DNA of 64,000 bases from Squalus acanthias (taxonomy: Eukaryota), in the NCBI GenBank assembly GCA_030390025.1, contig JASTWF010000332.1, forward strand, positions 434,001 to 498,000, in the 5' to 3' direction. Below the pieces are notes generated by a model, which ran no database searches, was not told the DNA's origin, and worked only from the letters and a program-made list of their open reading frames with translations. Every line of letters begins with the position of its first letter. The stretch's first letter is position 1. This document shows positions 24,071-35,140 of the stretch, piece after piece. The position numbers and the translations under genes were made by a program.

Positions 24071-24605
24071 TAAAGAAAAAGGGGGTGAGATTTCCCCTGT
24101 GCACTACATGCAGGCCCCTCAGGACTCTGTGGCATGTCAAGGCCAATTTCTGTATCAAGCCCATCCTCTGCAGGATGAGAATGTCAATTCTGTCGCATGT
24201 TTGTCCAGAGTTGAGGGACATCTCATTCTCAATATAATAAATATATATATTTAAAAAAATGATAAGAACAGTGCTAATTGAGTGGCTATCCTTTGAGAAT
24301 CCCTGTGGACTCTCTCCCTGCCTCGCACTTGTGCCAGTCTGAAAGCTGCTGCTCGGAGGTGGGTGAGGGTGGTCTGACATTGATTGTTCCTTTTTCTTCC
24401 TACAGCCCTTCATTAGAACTGGTCAGAACTATGTACCCGACACATTAGCCTGTCTTTTCACAGCTGCTGCTGGATCCTGCTGTTTCCCAGCGTTTTCTAT
24501 TTGTATTGTCCATTAACATTTGTTACTATTAGGCTAGACATAAAATTGCCGTCAGCATGAATATATACACCTTTTCTCATTGTGGTTGTTATTCCATTTC
24601 ATTAG

Positions 24606-24755
24606 TCCTGTGTCGGGTTGTCATTCGATGCCGTGTCCCAACAACTGGAAACGTTCTTGCAGCTGAATCCACACTTTGATGGATGCATCACTCGGTGTTG
24701 GGAATCACTGACAATTCTACAGAAGCTATTTGTGGATTCTGCTTTCACGGTAAAG
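24606..24755 (+). CDS. EIF2AK4-like: Exon: SCVGLSFDAVSQQLETFLQLNPHFDGCITRCWESLTILQKLFVDSAFTVK
   Basis: ttccatttcattag acceptor, AAG/gtaaga donor, 150 bp open, phase 0-0. Helical pattern like GCN2 ...GLKDLEEVVGLLKKLGIKLQ. Confidence 0.8.
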
Positions 24756-25505
24756 GTAAGAAGTAAGAGCATTACATTAAGGTAACATCTTGTACTCCTC
24801 AACGTGGTTGATTCTTAAGTGGCCCTGCAAACCACTCAATTGTATCAAACTACTGCAAAGGGTATCTTCAGGGCAACTAGGGATTAGCAGTAAATGCCAG
24901 CATTGCCAGCAGCGTCCACATCCCGAGAGTGGAAAAAAACACACAGTCTGGCGAACACCTTTTTCCTGCATGGTTTCTCGTTTGCAGTTTAGTCAGCTGT
25001 AGAACTCCAGCTGTGCAGCTTTTCTGCTTCACGCAGTAAACAAAATTACAAACCTTCCAAAAATGTTCTATTTTAATTGTTTGACGTGCTGTTCATTTAC
25101 CTGTCTTGCTTTGCGATGCATGCTCACTGTAAATATTATGATGGAAATACATACGGTAGTCAGTAAGTGAGTAAAGTAATTCAAGTCTCATACCTGGTCT
25201 TAGTGGTGAGGAAGCAGACTGGTGCTCTTAAAATTTATCTTCAAATAATTTAAAATACGACTGAGTCACTGACTGGGGGATTCGCTTTCCTCATAATCTC
25301 TATTTTCAATTCCAGTGTTTAAGCAGAGTGAGTTGGAGAACAAACAGGAATTATAGGGGAGAATCCCGTGGAGAAAGCTGAAATAAACTTCCACCTAAAA
25401 AAACAAGGAGCTTTTAAAATGTCTTCTGCGCTTAATGATAGCCACAACAAATATAGAATTTATTTATATCTATCAAATGAAATTTTGTGTCTGTAATGTC
25501 ATCTG

Positions 25506-26678
25506 TCTGTCACACTGAGGTCCGGGTGCCTGTCACACTGAAGTCCCGGTGCCTGTCACACTGGGGTCCCGGTGCCTGTCACACTTGGGTCCCGGTGCCT
25601 GTCACACTGGGGTCCCGGTGCCTGTCACACTGGGGTCCCGGTGCCTGTCACACTGGGGTCCCGGTGCCTGTCACACTGGGGTCCCGGTGCCTGTCACACT
25701 GGGGTCCCGGTGCCTGTCACACTGGGGTCCCGGTGCCTGTCACACTGGGGTCCCGGTGCCTGTCACACTGGGGTCCCGGTGCCTGTCACACTGGGGTCCC
25801 GGTGCCTGTCACACTGGGGTCCCGGTGCCTGTCACACTGGGGTCCCGGTGCCTGTCACACGGGGGTCCCGGTGCCTGTCACACTGGGGTCCCGGTGCCTG
25901 TCACACGGGGGTCCCGGTGCCTGTCACACGGGGGTCCCGGTGCCTGTCACACGGGGGTCCCGGTGCCTGTCACACGGGGGTCCCGGTGCCTGTCACACGG
26001 GGGTCCCGGTGCCTGTCACACGGGGGTCCCGGTGCCTGTCACACGGGGGTCCCGGTGCCTGTCACACGGGGGTCCCGGTGCCTGTCACACGGGGGTCCCG
26101 GTGCCTGTCACACGGGGGTCCCGGTGCCTGTCACACGGGGGTCCCGGTGCCTGTCACACGGGGGTCCCGGTGCCTGTCCACACGGGGGTCCCGGTGCCTG
26201 TCACACGGGGGTCCCGGTGCCTGTCACACGGGGGTCCCGGTGCCTGTCACACGGGGGTCCCGGTGCCTGTCACACGGGGGTCCCGGTGCCTGTCACACGG
26301 GGGTCCCGGTGCCGGCCACACGGGGGTCCCGGTGCCGGCCACACGGGGGTCCCGGTGCCGGCCACACGGGGGTCCCGGTGCCGGCCACACGGGGGTCCCG
26401 GTGCCGGCCACACGGGGGTCCCGGTGCCGGCCACACTGGGCTCCCGGTGCCTCTCACACGGGGCTCCCGGTGCCTCTCACACGGGGCTCCCGGTGTTTCT
26501 CACACTGGGGTCCCGGTGCCTGTCACACTGGGGTCCCGGTGCCTGTCACACGGGGGTCCCGGTGCCTGTCACACGGGGGTCCCGGTGCCGGCCACACGGG
26601 GGTCCCGGTGCCGGCCACACGGGGGTCCCGGTGCCGGCCACACGGGGGTCCCGGTGCCGGCCACACGGGGGTCCCGGT
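25506..26678. repeat. 23-bp GC-rich minisatellite, left arm (~50 copies)
   Basis: Unit GGGGTCCCGGTGCCTGTCACAC[T/G]. Confidence 0.97.
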
Positions 26679-26872
26679 TGTGGTAACACAATACAGCTTC
26701 CTGTGACTCGAACTTTATTGCATCACTTCCTGTGATTAGTCCAGGATAAATACTGGACTGATTAGTTGGATCCTGGAGAGGCATAGAGTAAGACGTCTTT
26801 TGTATGTAGCACCTTTTTAGTTGATTAAAGCTTACTTTAAGTTCACCACGCGTAAGGCTCATTCTTACGACA
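26679..26872 (+). repeat. 5' LTR
   Basis: TGTGGTAAC...TTACGACA; direct repeat of 30926-31119. Confidence 0.97.
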
Positions 26873-26950
26873 ATTTAATCAACTTTGAAAAACTTCGCAC
26901 TCAAACTTTTTGGACGAACTCGGAACTAAGGATCCAGGGAATCACCCATC

Positions 26951-29900
26951 ATGGAAAACATCCTTAAACCATCGCGTCTTGACTTGGACCCAAACACCCC
27001 AGCAGCCGGTAAGGTGTGGAAACACTGGTATCGCACGTTTGACAATTTTCTCGAATATTGCAAGGCTGATGATGACTCAAAGTTGCGGATACTCATCAAC
27101 TGTGTCACCCCGAATGTATTTCAGTATGTCGAGGAATGGGGCAGTTACGAGGAGGCAATTCGGATGCTTAAAAGACGATACACTAAGACACCGAATGAGG
27201 TCTATGCCAGACATCTACTAGCTACAGCCCAACAAGGGCCGGAGGAATCCATTGATAAATTCCTCCAAGAGCTTCGCAGACTTAGTATGGACTGTAACTT
27301 TCAGGCGGCCTCAGCTGAGCTGTACCGTGAAGAAATGATCCGTGATGCTTTCATCTGCGGGCTTGCCTCCCCATTTATACGCCAGCGTCTACTGGAAAGT
27401 AAGACACTTGAGCTTCGGAGAGCTTATGACATGGCTTGCTCTCTAGATCTGGCAAAAAGAAATGCAGACCTTTATACAGTGCCCAGACCTCGGTCTGCTG
27501 CCTTAACTACAGTCAGGCAATTTAAGAGGCCACAGGTGAACTCTATTAGGGAGGACTTTATCCCTGACGATCAATCTGATGACTTCACTGATGAAGAGGA
27601 TGATGACCCCACTGTGGCAGCCTCTTGGCAATCTAAGAAATGCTTCTTTTGTGGTGATGAGTTTCACCCTCGGAAATTCTGCCCTGCTCGCAATGCGTTT
27701 TGCAGTCATTGCAACAAAAAGGGTCATTTTGCAAAGGTTTGCCTATCAAGAGCCTCTACGAGGGCTTATCAAGCTAAGTCCTACCGAACTGCCCCGGTAA
27801 GGGCCTTTCAAGATGTTCCGGCTAAAATCTATCGTGCTTCCTCTCGGGTTTTCTCTCGAAGAAACACACCTAGAGTTTCAGCCACTCTTTGTGCAACGAC
27901 ACCAATTACAGCTGCTTGTCCTCAGAACCTATTCCATGCAGCTACAAAAGCATCAATTAATGGACATACTTTAGATGCCTTAATTGACTCAGGTAGCACT
28001 GATAGTTTCATTAGGGAACAGATTGTTGCAGAGTTAAAGCTACATGTTTTCCCATCGGACCAGGCAATTGCGATGGCTCAGTCATCACTTAATACCAGAA
28101 TTTCTGGCTTTTGTATGGTTGAAATAACACTTAATGGTCACAGGTATCCCTCCACCCGGCTTTCGGTGCTCAAGGACTTATGTAGTGATCTTATCTTAGG
28201 GCTGGATTTTCAAAAGCAGCATAAGAAGCTCACCATTGAGTTCGGCGGATCCAAACCTGAACTCACTATTTCTAATATACGACCTCGATTACCGTTCTGT
28301 GCATTGTCAGCAGCTTCACTGGATGAACCCTCACTGTTTACCAGTATCCCTCCTCGATGCAAACCGATTATAACAAAGTCACGACGTTTCAGTCAGGAAG
28401 ACCAGTCTTTTATTGCGGCTGAGATTTCTCGGCTTTTAGCAGAGGATATCATCGAGCCTTGTTCGTCGCCATGGCGCGCCCAGGTCGTTATTGTTAAGAA
28501 CCCTCTACAACCTCACAAGAAACGGCTGTGCATTGACTATTCACAGACCATCAATCAATATACGGACTTGGACGCATACCCATTGCTGCGCATCGATGAT
28601 ATGGTTAATAAACTGGCTGAGTACACGGTGTTCTCAACATATGATCTGAAAAGTGCCTATCATCAGGTACCCTTGAAGGTCTCAGACAAGCAGTATACGG
28701 CCTTTGAAGCCAATGGACGGCTGTATCAATTTCGTCGCCTCCCCTTTGGGGTCACTAATGGAGTGGCTGTCTTCCAGCGAGCAATGGATGACCTGGTCAA
28801 ACAGGAAGACTTGAAGGATACGTTTCCTTATCTGGACAATATTACTGTCGCAGGTCGCAATCAGCGGGAACATGACGCCAATCTCCAACGATTTTGGGAT
28901 GCACTCCAGCACCGTAATTTGACATTAAATGCGGCTAAATCCATTGAGTCACAACCAACCATCAACATCCTTGGCTATTGTGTGGGCAATGGCATCATTA
29001 AACCTGACCCTGAAAGGCTTCGCCCACTCCAAGAGCTCCCGCCACCTAAGAATCCGGCCTCCTTGCGCCGGGCCCTCGGCCTGTTTGCATACTATGCTAA
29101 ATGGATTCCTAACTTCTCGGACCGAATCCAACCTCTACTGAAGGCCAGCACATTCCCACTAGACACAGCGGCTGTTGCAGCCTTTAACCTCCTGAAAAAA
29201 CAGTTGGAGAAAGCGGCTCTTCACTCCATCGATGAGAGTCTTCCTTTTGTTGTTGAGTGTGATGCCTCGGAGGTGGCGATCTCGGCCACTCTGAATCAGG
29301 AAGGTCGTCCGGTGGCATTTTTGTCCAGGACTTTTCAAGGGGCTGAGCTACATTATCCTCCAGTCGAGAAAGAAGCTACAGCCATCATAGAGGCAGTACG
29401 GAAGTGGACTCATCTCCTAGCTCGCCAGCACTTTACCTTAATCACGGACCAGCGATCGGTCGCCTTCATGCTCGATAATCGAAAACGGACCAAAATTAAA
29501 AATAATAAAATCCAACTTTGGCGGCTGGAATTGGCCTCTTTTGGTTACACCATCCACTATCGACCTGGCAAGGAGAATGTGGCTCCGGATACCCTCACAC
29601 GAGCATTCTGCTCCGCCATGGCACCCTCTACGCTCGTAGACATCCATGATGGGTTGTGTCATCCGGGCGTTACTCGCATGCTACACTTCGTGCGGTCCCG
29701 AAATCTCCCATTCTCTACCGGGGATGTAAAGAAGATGTGCTCGGACTGCAGAGTCTGTGCGGAATTGAAACCTCAGTTTTTCCGCACCTCGGGTGGTATA
29801 CTCATACATGCAACCCAGCCAATGCAACGGCTTAGCATCGATTTTAAGGGGCCGTTGCCCTCTTCAACTCGCAACACTTATCTATTGACCATGGTCGATG

Positions 29901-30907
29901 AGTATTCCCGTTTTCCGTTTGCCTTTCCCTGCCCCAATATGTTGACGACCACGGTTATCAGCTGCCTTGAGCAGGTATTTGCTTTCTGTGGCATGGCATC
30001 CTATGTTCATTCGGATTGGGGCCCTTCTTTTATGTCAGGAGAACTCAAGGCCTATCTCTCGGAACGGGGTATTGCTGCCAGCAGAACGACGCCTTATCAT
30101 CCGGTCGGGAATGGGCAAGTCGAGCGTTTTAACGCTATCATCTGGAATGCGGTACGTCTGGCTTTGAGATCTCGGGGCCTACCCAACCAGCAATGGGAAG
30201 CAGTACTTCCAGACGCATTACACTCCACACAGTCCCTCCTTTCGACCGCCACAAATACGACGCCTCATGAACGGTTCTTCCGATTTCAGCGTCGCTCATC
30301 CTATGGGATATCTCTCCCGTCGTGGCTGACTGCAGCGGGACCAGTGCTACTCCGAAGATATGTCCGGGCGTCTAAGAATGACCCCCTGGTAGATGAGGTT
30401 GAGCTCACTGACGTCAACCCTACCTACGCCTATATTCGGTATCCTGACGGTCGGGAATCTACCGTGTCATTGCGGGATCTGGCTCCCTGCCCGCCGAAAC
30501 ATAGAGGGACACCAGGGGATGATATTGTACCAGGCACATCTCTGGGCTCGCCAGGTGCCTCTCATCACGATCTGGATCTGACGCCGGCTGGTATCTCACT
30601 CCAGCGTGCCGACCTGGGGCAGACTGACTATGAGCCCGTCGGGGCTCGCACGCGCAGCCACGATCCACCCCGTACCGTATGCTCGGAAACGGATCTGCCA
30701 CAGCCCTGCCCGACACCCGTTCGGGCACCAGTACACAGTCAGGATCGTCCTGACCCCTCACAGAGCGGGCTGGATCACTCGGACTCTGGTCCACGGCCCG
30801 CGGCGGGTAAACGGGCTAGGGGCCCTCTACCGCTACGAGAACCCAAACGGGTGGGGCTCTCCCTCGTCCGGCGGCTACGAAATGGATGGAGCATCCCGGC
30901 CTCCTAA
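26951..30907 (+). CDS. Gag-Pol polyprotein (Gag with double Zn knuckle, protease, RT, RNase H, integrase)
   Basis: CFFCG..H....CPA....CSHCNKKGHFAKVC; ALIDSGS; LPFG, YLDN; ECDAS; H..CHPG..C.VC, IDFKG, HSD.G, VERFN. The PR-RT-RH-IN order indicates Gypsy. Confidence 0.96.
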   Translation: MENILKPSRLDLDPNTPAAGKVWKHWYRTFDNFLEYCKADDDSKLRILINCVTPNVFQYVEEWGSYEEAIRMLKRRYTKTPNEVYARHLLATAQQGPEESIDKFLQELRRLSMDCNFQAASAELYREEMIRDAFICGLASPFIRQRLLESKTLELRRAYDMACSLDLAKRNADLYTVPRPRSAALTTVRQFKRPQVNSIREDFIPDDQSDDFTDEEDDDPTVAASWQSKKCFFCGDEFHPRKFCPARNAFCSHCNKKGHFAKVCLSRASTRAYQAKSYRTAPVRAFQDVPAKIYRASSRVFSRRNTPRVSATLCATTPITAACPQNLFHAATKASINGHTLDALIDSGSTDSFIREQIVAELKLHVFPSDQAIAMAQSSLNTRISGFCMVEITLNGHRYPSTRLSVLKDLCSDLILGLDFQKQHKKLTIEFGGSKPELTISNIRPRLPFCALSAASLDEPSLFTSIPPRCKPIITKSRRFSQEDQSFIAAEISRLLAEDIIEPCSSPWRAQVVIVKNPLQPHKKRLCIDYSQTINQYTDLDAYPLLRIDDMVNKLAEYTVFSTYDLKSAYHQVPLKVSDKQYTAFEANGRLYQFRRLPFGVTNGVAVFQRAMDDLVKQEDLKDTFPYLDNITVAGRNQREHDANLQRFWDALQHRNLTLNAAKSIESQPTINILGYCVGNGIIKPDPERLRPLQELPPPKNPASLRRALGLFAYYAKWIPNFSDRIQPLLKASTFPLDTAAVAAFNLLKKQLEKAALHSIDESLPFVVECDASEVAISATLNQEGRPVAFLSRTFQGAELHYPPVEKEATAIIEAVRKWTHLLARQHFTLITDQRSVAFMLDNRKRTKIKNNKIQLWRLELASFGYTIHYRPGKENVAPDTLTRAFCSAMAPSTLVDIHDGLCHPGVTRMLHFVRSRNLPFSTGDVKKMCSDCRVCAELKPQFFRTSGGILIHATQPMQRLSIDFKGPLPSSTRNTYLLTMVDEYSRFPFAFPCPNMLTTTVISCLEQVFAFCGMASYVHSDWGPSFMSGELKAYLSERGIAASRTTPYHPVGNGQVERFNAIIWNAVRLALRSRGLPNQQWEAVLPDALHSTQSLLSTATNTTPHERFFRFQRRSSYGISLPSWLTAAGPVLLRRYVRASKNDPLVDEVELTDVNPTYAYIRYPDGRESTVSLRDLAPCPPKHRGTPGDDIVPGTSLGSPGASHHDLDLTPAGISLQRADLGQTDYEPVGARTRSHDPPRTVCSETDLPQPCPTPVRAPVHSQDRPDPSQSGLDHSDSGPRPAAGKRARGPLPLREPKRVGLSLVRRLRNGWSIPAS

Positions 30908-30915
30908 TCTTTTGC

Positions 30916-30925
30916 GGGGGGAGAA
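30916..30925 (+). promoter_or_regulatory. Polypurine tract
   Basis: GGGGGGAGAA immediately before the 3' LTR. Confidence 0.85.
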
Positions 30926-31119
30926 TGTGGTAACACAATACAGCTTCCTGTGACTCGAACTTTATTGCATCACTTCCTGTGATTAGTCCAGGATAAATAC
31001 TGGACTGATCAGTTGGATCCTGGAGAGGCATAGAGTAAGACCTCTTTTGTATGTAGCACCTTTTTAGTTGATTAAAGCTTACTTTAAGTTCACCACGCGT
31101 AAGGCTCATTCTTACGACA
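30926..31119 (+). repeat. 3' LTR
   Basis: Direct repeat of the 5' LTR. Confidence 0.97.
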
Positions 31120-32178
31120 CCGGTGCCTGCCACACTGAGGTCCCGGTGCCTGTCACACGGGGGTCCCGGTGCCGGCCACACTGAGGTCCCGGTGCCTGTC
31201 ACACGGGGGTCCCGGTGCCGGCCACACGGGGGTCCCGGCGCCGGCCACACTGGGGTCCCGGCGCCGGTCACACTGGGGTCCCGGCGCCTGCCACACGGGG
31301 GTCCCGGCGCCTGCCACACGGGGGTCCCGGCGCCTGTCACACGGGGGTCCCGGCGCCTGTCACACGGGGGTCCCGGCGCCTGCCACACGGGGGTCCCGGC
31401 GCCTGCCACACGGGGGTCCCGGCGCCTGCCACACGGGGGTCCCGGCGCCTGCCACACGGGGGTCCCGGCGCCTGCCACACGGGGGTCCCGGCGCCTGCCA
31501 CACGGGGGTCCCGGCGCCTGTCACACGGGGGTCCCGGCGCCTGTCACACGGGGGTCCCGGCGCCTGTCACACGGGGGTCCCGGCGCCTGTCACACGGGGG
31601 TCCCGGCGCCTGTCACACGGGGGTCCCGGCGCCTGCCACACGGGGGTCCCGGCGCCTGCCACACGGGGGTCCCGGCGCCTGCCACACGGGGGTCCCGGCG
31701 CCGGCCACACGGGGGTCCCGGCGCCGGCCACACGGGGGTCCCGGCGCCGGCCACACGGGGGTCCCGGCGCCGGCCACACGGGGGTCCCGGCGCCGGCCAC
31801 ACGGGGGTCCCGGCGCCGGCCACACGGGGGTCCCGGCGCCTGCCACACGGGGGTCCCGGCGCCTGCCACACGGGGGTCCCGGCGCCTGCCACACGGGGTC
31901 CCGGCGCCTGCCACACGGGGGTCCCGGCGCCTGCCACACGGGGGTCCCGGCGCCTGCCACACGGGGGTCCCGGCGCCTGCCACACGGGGGTCCCGGCGCC
32001 TGCCACACGGGGGTCCCGGCGCCTGCCACACGGGGGTCCCGGCGCCTGCCACACGGGGGTCCCGGCGCCGGCCACACGGGGGTCCCGGCGCCGGCCACAC
32101 GGGGGTCCCGGCGCCGGCCACACTGAGGTCCCGGCGCCGGTCACACTGAGGTCCCGGCGCCGGCCACACGGGGGTCCC
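31120..32178. repeat. 23-bp GC-rich minisatellite, right arm (~46 copies)
   Basis: Unit mostly GGGGGTCCCGGCGCCTGCCACAC. Confidence 0.97.
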
Positions 32179-32583
32179 TGTCTGACTGACGTCTCCCACC
32201 TGAGCTGTCTGATTGGTTAGTTTTCCCACTGTGTCAATTGTAAAATACATAAAAACTTTTCACCATTTTTCAGTCCTCATGAGAGTTTTCTACTTACAGC
32301 CCAGAGTCCAATTTTAAAAATGAGCTCCGTTGTGACTTACCTGCTTAATGTCTGCCTCCAGCACCACGTGATGTTCCTTCTCTGGGCGAGCCCCCTCCCC
32401 CCTCACTCGATACCCAGACCCTGCCCTCTGTGATGGATCTGCACCCTTGCCTGCAGCTCACTCCTGCTCCCCTTTCTCTCCCCACACATCCACCTTAACC
32501 CCAAGTCCCACCCTGCTGCTTGGCTTCTGCCACACGTTCGATGCCATTCCCGTTCACTTCCCGACGTCTGCTCCTTTGACAGT

Positions 32584-33010
32584 GATGCGGAGATGCCGGT
32601 GTTGGACTGGGGTGGACAAAAGTGAGAAGTCGCACAACACCAGGTTATTGTCCAACAGCTTTATTTGAAATCACAAGCTTTCGGAGCTCTGCTCCTTCAT
32701 CAGGTGAAGTGAAGAAATACATATGGGCACAGCATATATAGTCAGAGAACAATGCCAGACGACTACAGTTAATCTTTCTAACTGCCCTTTATCACACCTC
32801 GGCAGAGAGACAATCACACAGCTGATCTCTCTTCCAGCTGAAAGTCACCCAGAATTCACCCCCAGCCTAACCGCAGAAAATCTCCACGGGAGTGTAACAC
32901 TGTTGGACTGGGCAATAAACAGGCAATTACTGGACAGGTTCGCATGGCTGGAAGACATTTACACCACGGTTAATTAAGAGGGAAACCCGCCACTCGCGTC
33001 CAGTTGTCTT
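32584..33010 (-). mobile_element. Penelope-like element 3' end (pLTR with hammerhead core)
   Basis: Same terminal sequence as the 43157 and 51482 elements. Minus-strand CTGATGA-AGGAGC..GCTCC-GAAAGCTT. The right boundary is approximate. Confidence 0.7.
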
Positions 33011-33069
33011 CTTGAAACAAGAGGTGCTCGGCAAGAGAAACCAAGGTGATGGGATAATCAAAAATAACC

Positions 33070-33460
33070 CTCTGAGTCAGAAGGTTGTGGGTTCAAATCC
33101 CCCTCCAGAGACTGGAGCGCAAAAATCTAGGCTGACACTCCAGTGCAGTGCTGAGGGAGTGCTGCCCTGTTGGAGGTGCTGTCTTTTGGATGAAACGTTA
33201 AACTGAGGCCCCGTCTGCCCTCTCAGGTGGATGTAAAAGATCCCACGGCACTATTCAAAGAAGAACAGGGGAGTTATCCCTAGTTTCCTGGCCTCAAGCA
33301 ACATCACTAAAACAGATTATCTGGTCATTATCACATTGGCTGCTGCGTTTCCTACATTACAACAGTGACTTCACTTCAAACGTACTTGATTGGTTGTAAA
33401 GCGCTTTGGGATGTCCTGAGGTTGTGGAAGGCGCTATGCAAATGCAAGTCTTTCTTTCTT
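33070..33460 (+). mobile_element. Deu-domain SINE
   Basis: B box, Deu core and tail as in 21924-22400. Confidence 0.85.
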
Positions 33461-34579
33461 TAATTCACACACGAGTTGTGCTTGTTGAAATCTGGAAATG
33501 GAAGACTCATCCTGGACAGCATTAGCAGCGACAGATGATGTCTATAAACCTCATCAAGTTGAAATGCTTCATTCATAAGCTTGCCACCACCGATCTCCCC
33601 AGTTTATTAAGTTTCTCCTTCATCTATTTGAGCGGCTGTGGCTCTGAAACAGAGCCCGGAGCGGGAAGCTCAAGCCGCTGCTCAAAAGGAAAGGTTGTTG
33701 AGCAAACTGAAACAAAGCCAGCACATTTGAGCAAAGAGAACAACTGGAAGAGGTGAAAGGGGGTTGGAAATGATCCACAGTGAAGCCTGTCCATGCTGAG
33801 GGGATTGTTTCTGTGACGGAAGCTGTGAGCCAGGAAACCAGTCTGATGGTGAAAGGATTCGAGTTGGCAGGCACAGCGGCGGCGCTGGCAAACCTCCTTG
33901 TACCAGCGGACCTTTTTTGACGTGACGCAGGGCCACCTCACTTGGGTACAGCAGTTCAACACAGACCCGGATTTTTCCAACAGCTCTCTTTTGAAGTTTC
34001 AGCAAAGGTTTATCTGGATTTGTTTTTCTTTTACTAATTGCAAAAATGACTGCACAACATTAAATATGAGGTTTGATTTTCTGTACTGTCGCAGTGGTCA
34101 ATCTTGATGTAATACAGTAGTTTAATCCTGGTGAGGAGCACGACTAAAGGGAGTTCTTTAATGACGCTCCAGTATTCTACTTGAAATGTACAACTGGGAG
34201 AGTATGGTGAACATGCGATCGAGCTCCACAGTGCTGCTTGTCATGTAATCTTTACAACTGAGCACTAAGGTGCTGGAGTTGTGCTGTAATTTGTTTGCAT
34301 AATTGTACTCTTTTGATGAGTTGTCTAAGTTTTGATGAGTCAAACTTTTGTCTGCAATTAATTTTAATAGGTAATTAAACTGCATTTCCTAATTTGAAGA
34401 AGAAATCAGTGTAATTAAAATTGCCATGAAAATAGCATGATTTGTAATAATTATGCCAAATTCAAATACACGGAGGAATTTCGAACCGATACACTTAATC
34501 TCCCCGCATAACTGCTCTAAAAGTAAATCCATACAATAACACAGCGAGCTTGATGCTGTTTTACGCTTTTTAAAATTTG

Positions 34580-35140
34580 CTTATGGGATCTGGGTGTCGC
34601 TGCCAAGGCCAGCATTTATTGCCCATCCCTAATTGCCCTCGAAGGTGGTGGTGAGCCGCCGCCTTGAACCGCTGCAGTCCGTGTGGTGAAGGTACTCCCA
34701 CAGTGCTGTTAGGGAGGGAGTTCCAGGATTTTGACCCAGCGACGATGAAGGATTGGCGATATACTTCTAAGTCAGGATGGTGACTTGGAGGGGAACTTGG
34801 AGGTGGTGCTGTTCCCATGCGCCTGCTGCCCTTGTCCTTCTAGGTGGTAGAGGTCGCGGGTTTGGGAGGTGCTGCCGAAGAAGCCTTGGCGAGTTGCTGC
34901 AGTGCATCTTGTAGATGGTACACACTGCAGCCACGGTACGCCGGTGGTGGAGGTTTGTGGAGTGAATGTTTAAGGTGGTGGATGAGGTGCCAATCAAACG
35001 GGCTGCTTTGTCCTGGATGGTGTCGAGCTTCATGAGTGTTGTTGGAACTGCACTCATCCAGGCAAGTGGAGAGTATTCCATCACACTCCTGACTTGTGCC
35101 TTGTAGATGGTGGAAAGGCTTTGGGGAGTCAGGAGGTGAA
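34580..35140 (-). mobile_element. CR1-group LINE 3' fragment (YKAQVRSVMEYS family)
   Basis: RT C-terminal YKAQVRSVMEYSPLAW...IQDKAARLI and WNSLP. Same family at 59018-59341 and 62875-63372. Confidence 0.85.

Larger units (their letters stand above)
26679..31119 (+). mobile_element. Intact Gypsy/Ty3 LTR retrotransposon, 4441 bp
   Basis: 194-bp TG...CA LTRs with 2 mismatches, 5-bp TSD CCGGT, polypurine tract, single gag-pol ORF. Confidence 0.97.

Noticed and set aside
25487..26735. Three overlapping 385-399 aa ORFs (and similar ORFs at 31123-32250)
   Set aside because: Artefacts of a stop-free 23-bp tandem repeat; the same peptide cycles through all frames.
33907..34008. Extra exon of the kinase gene
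   Set aside because: It ends in phase 2, while the flanking exons join in phase 0 and already align to GCN2 without it.
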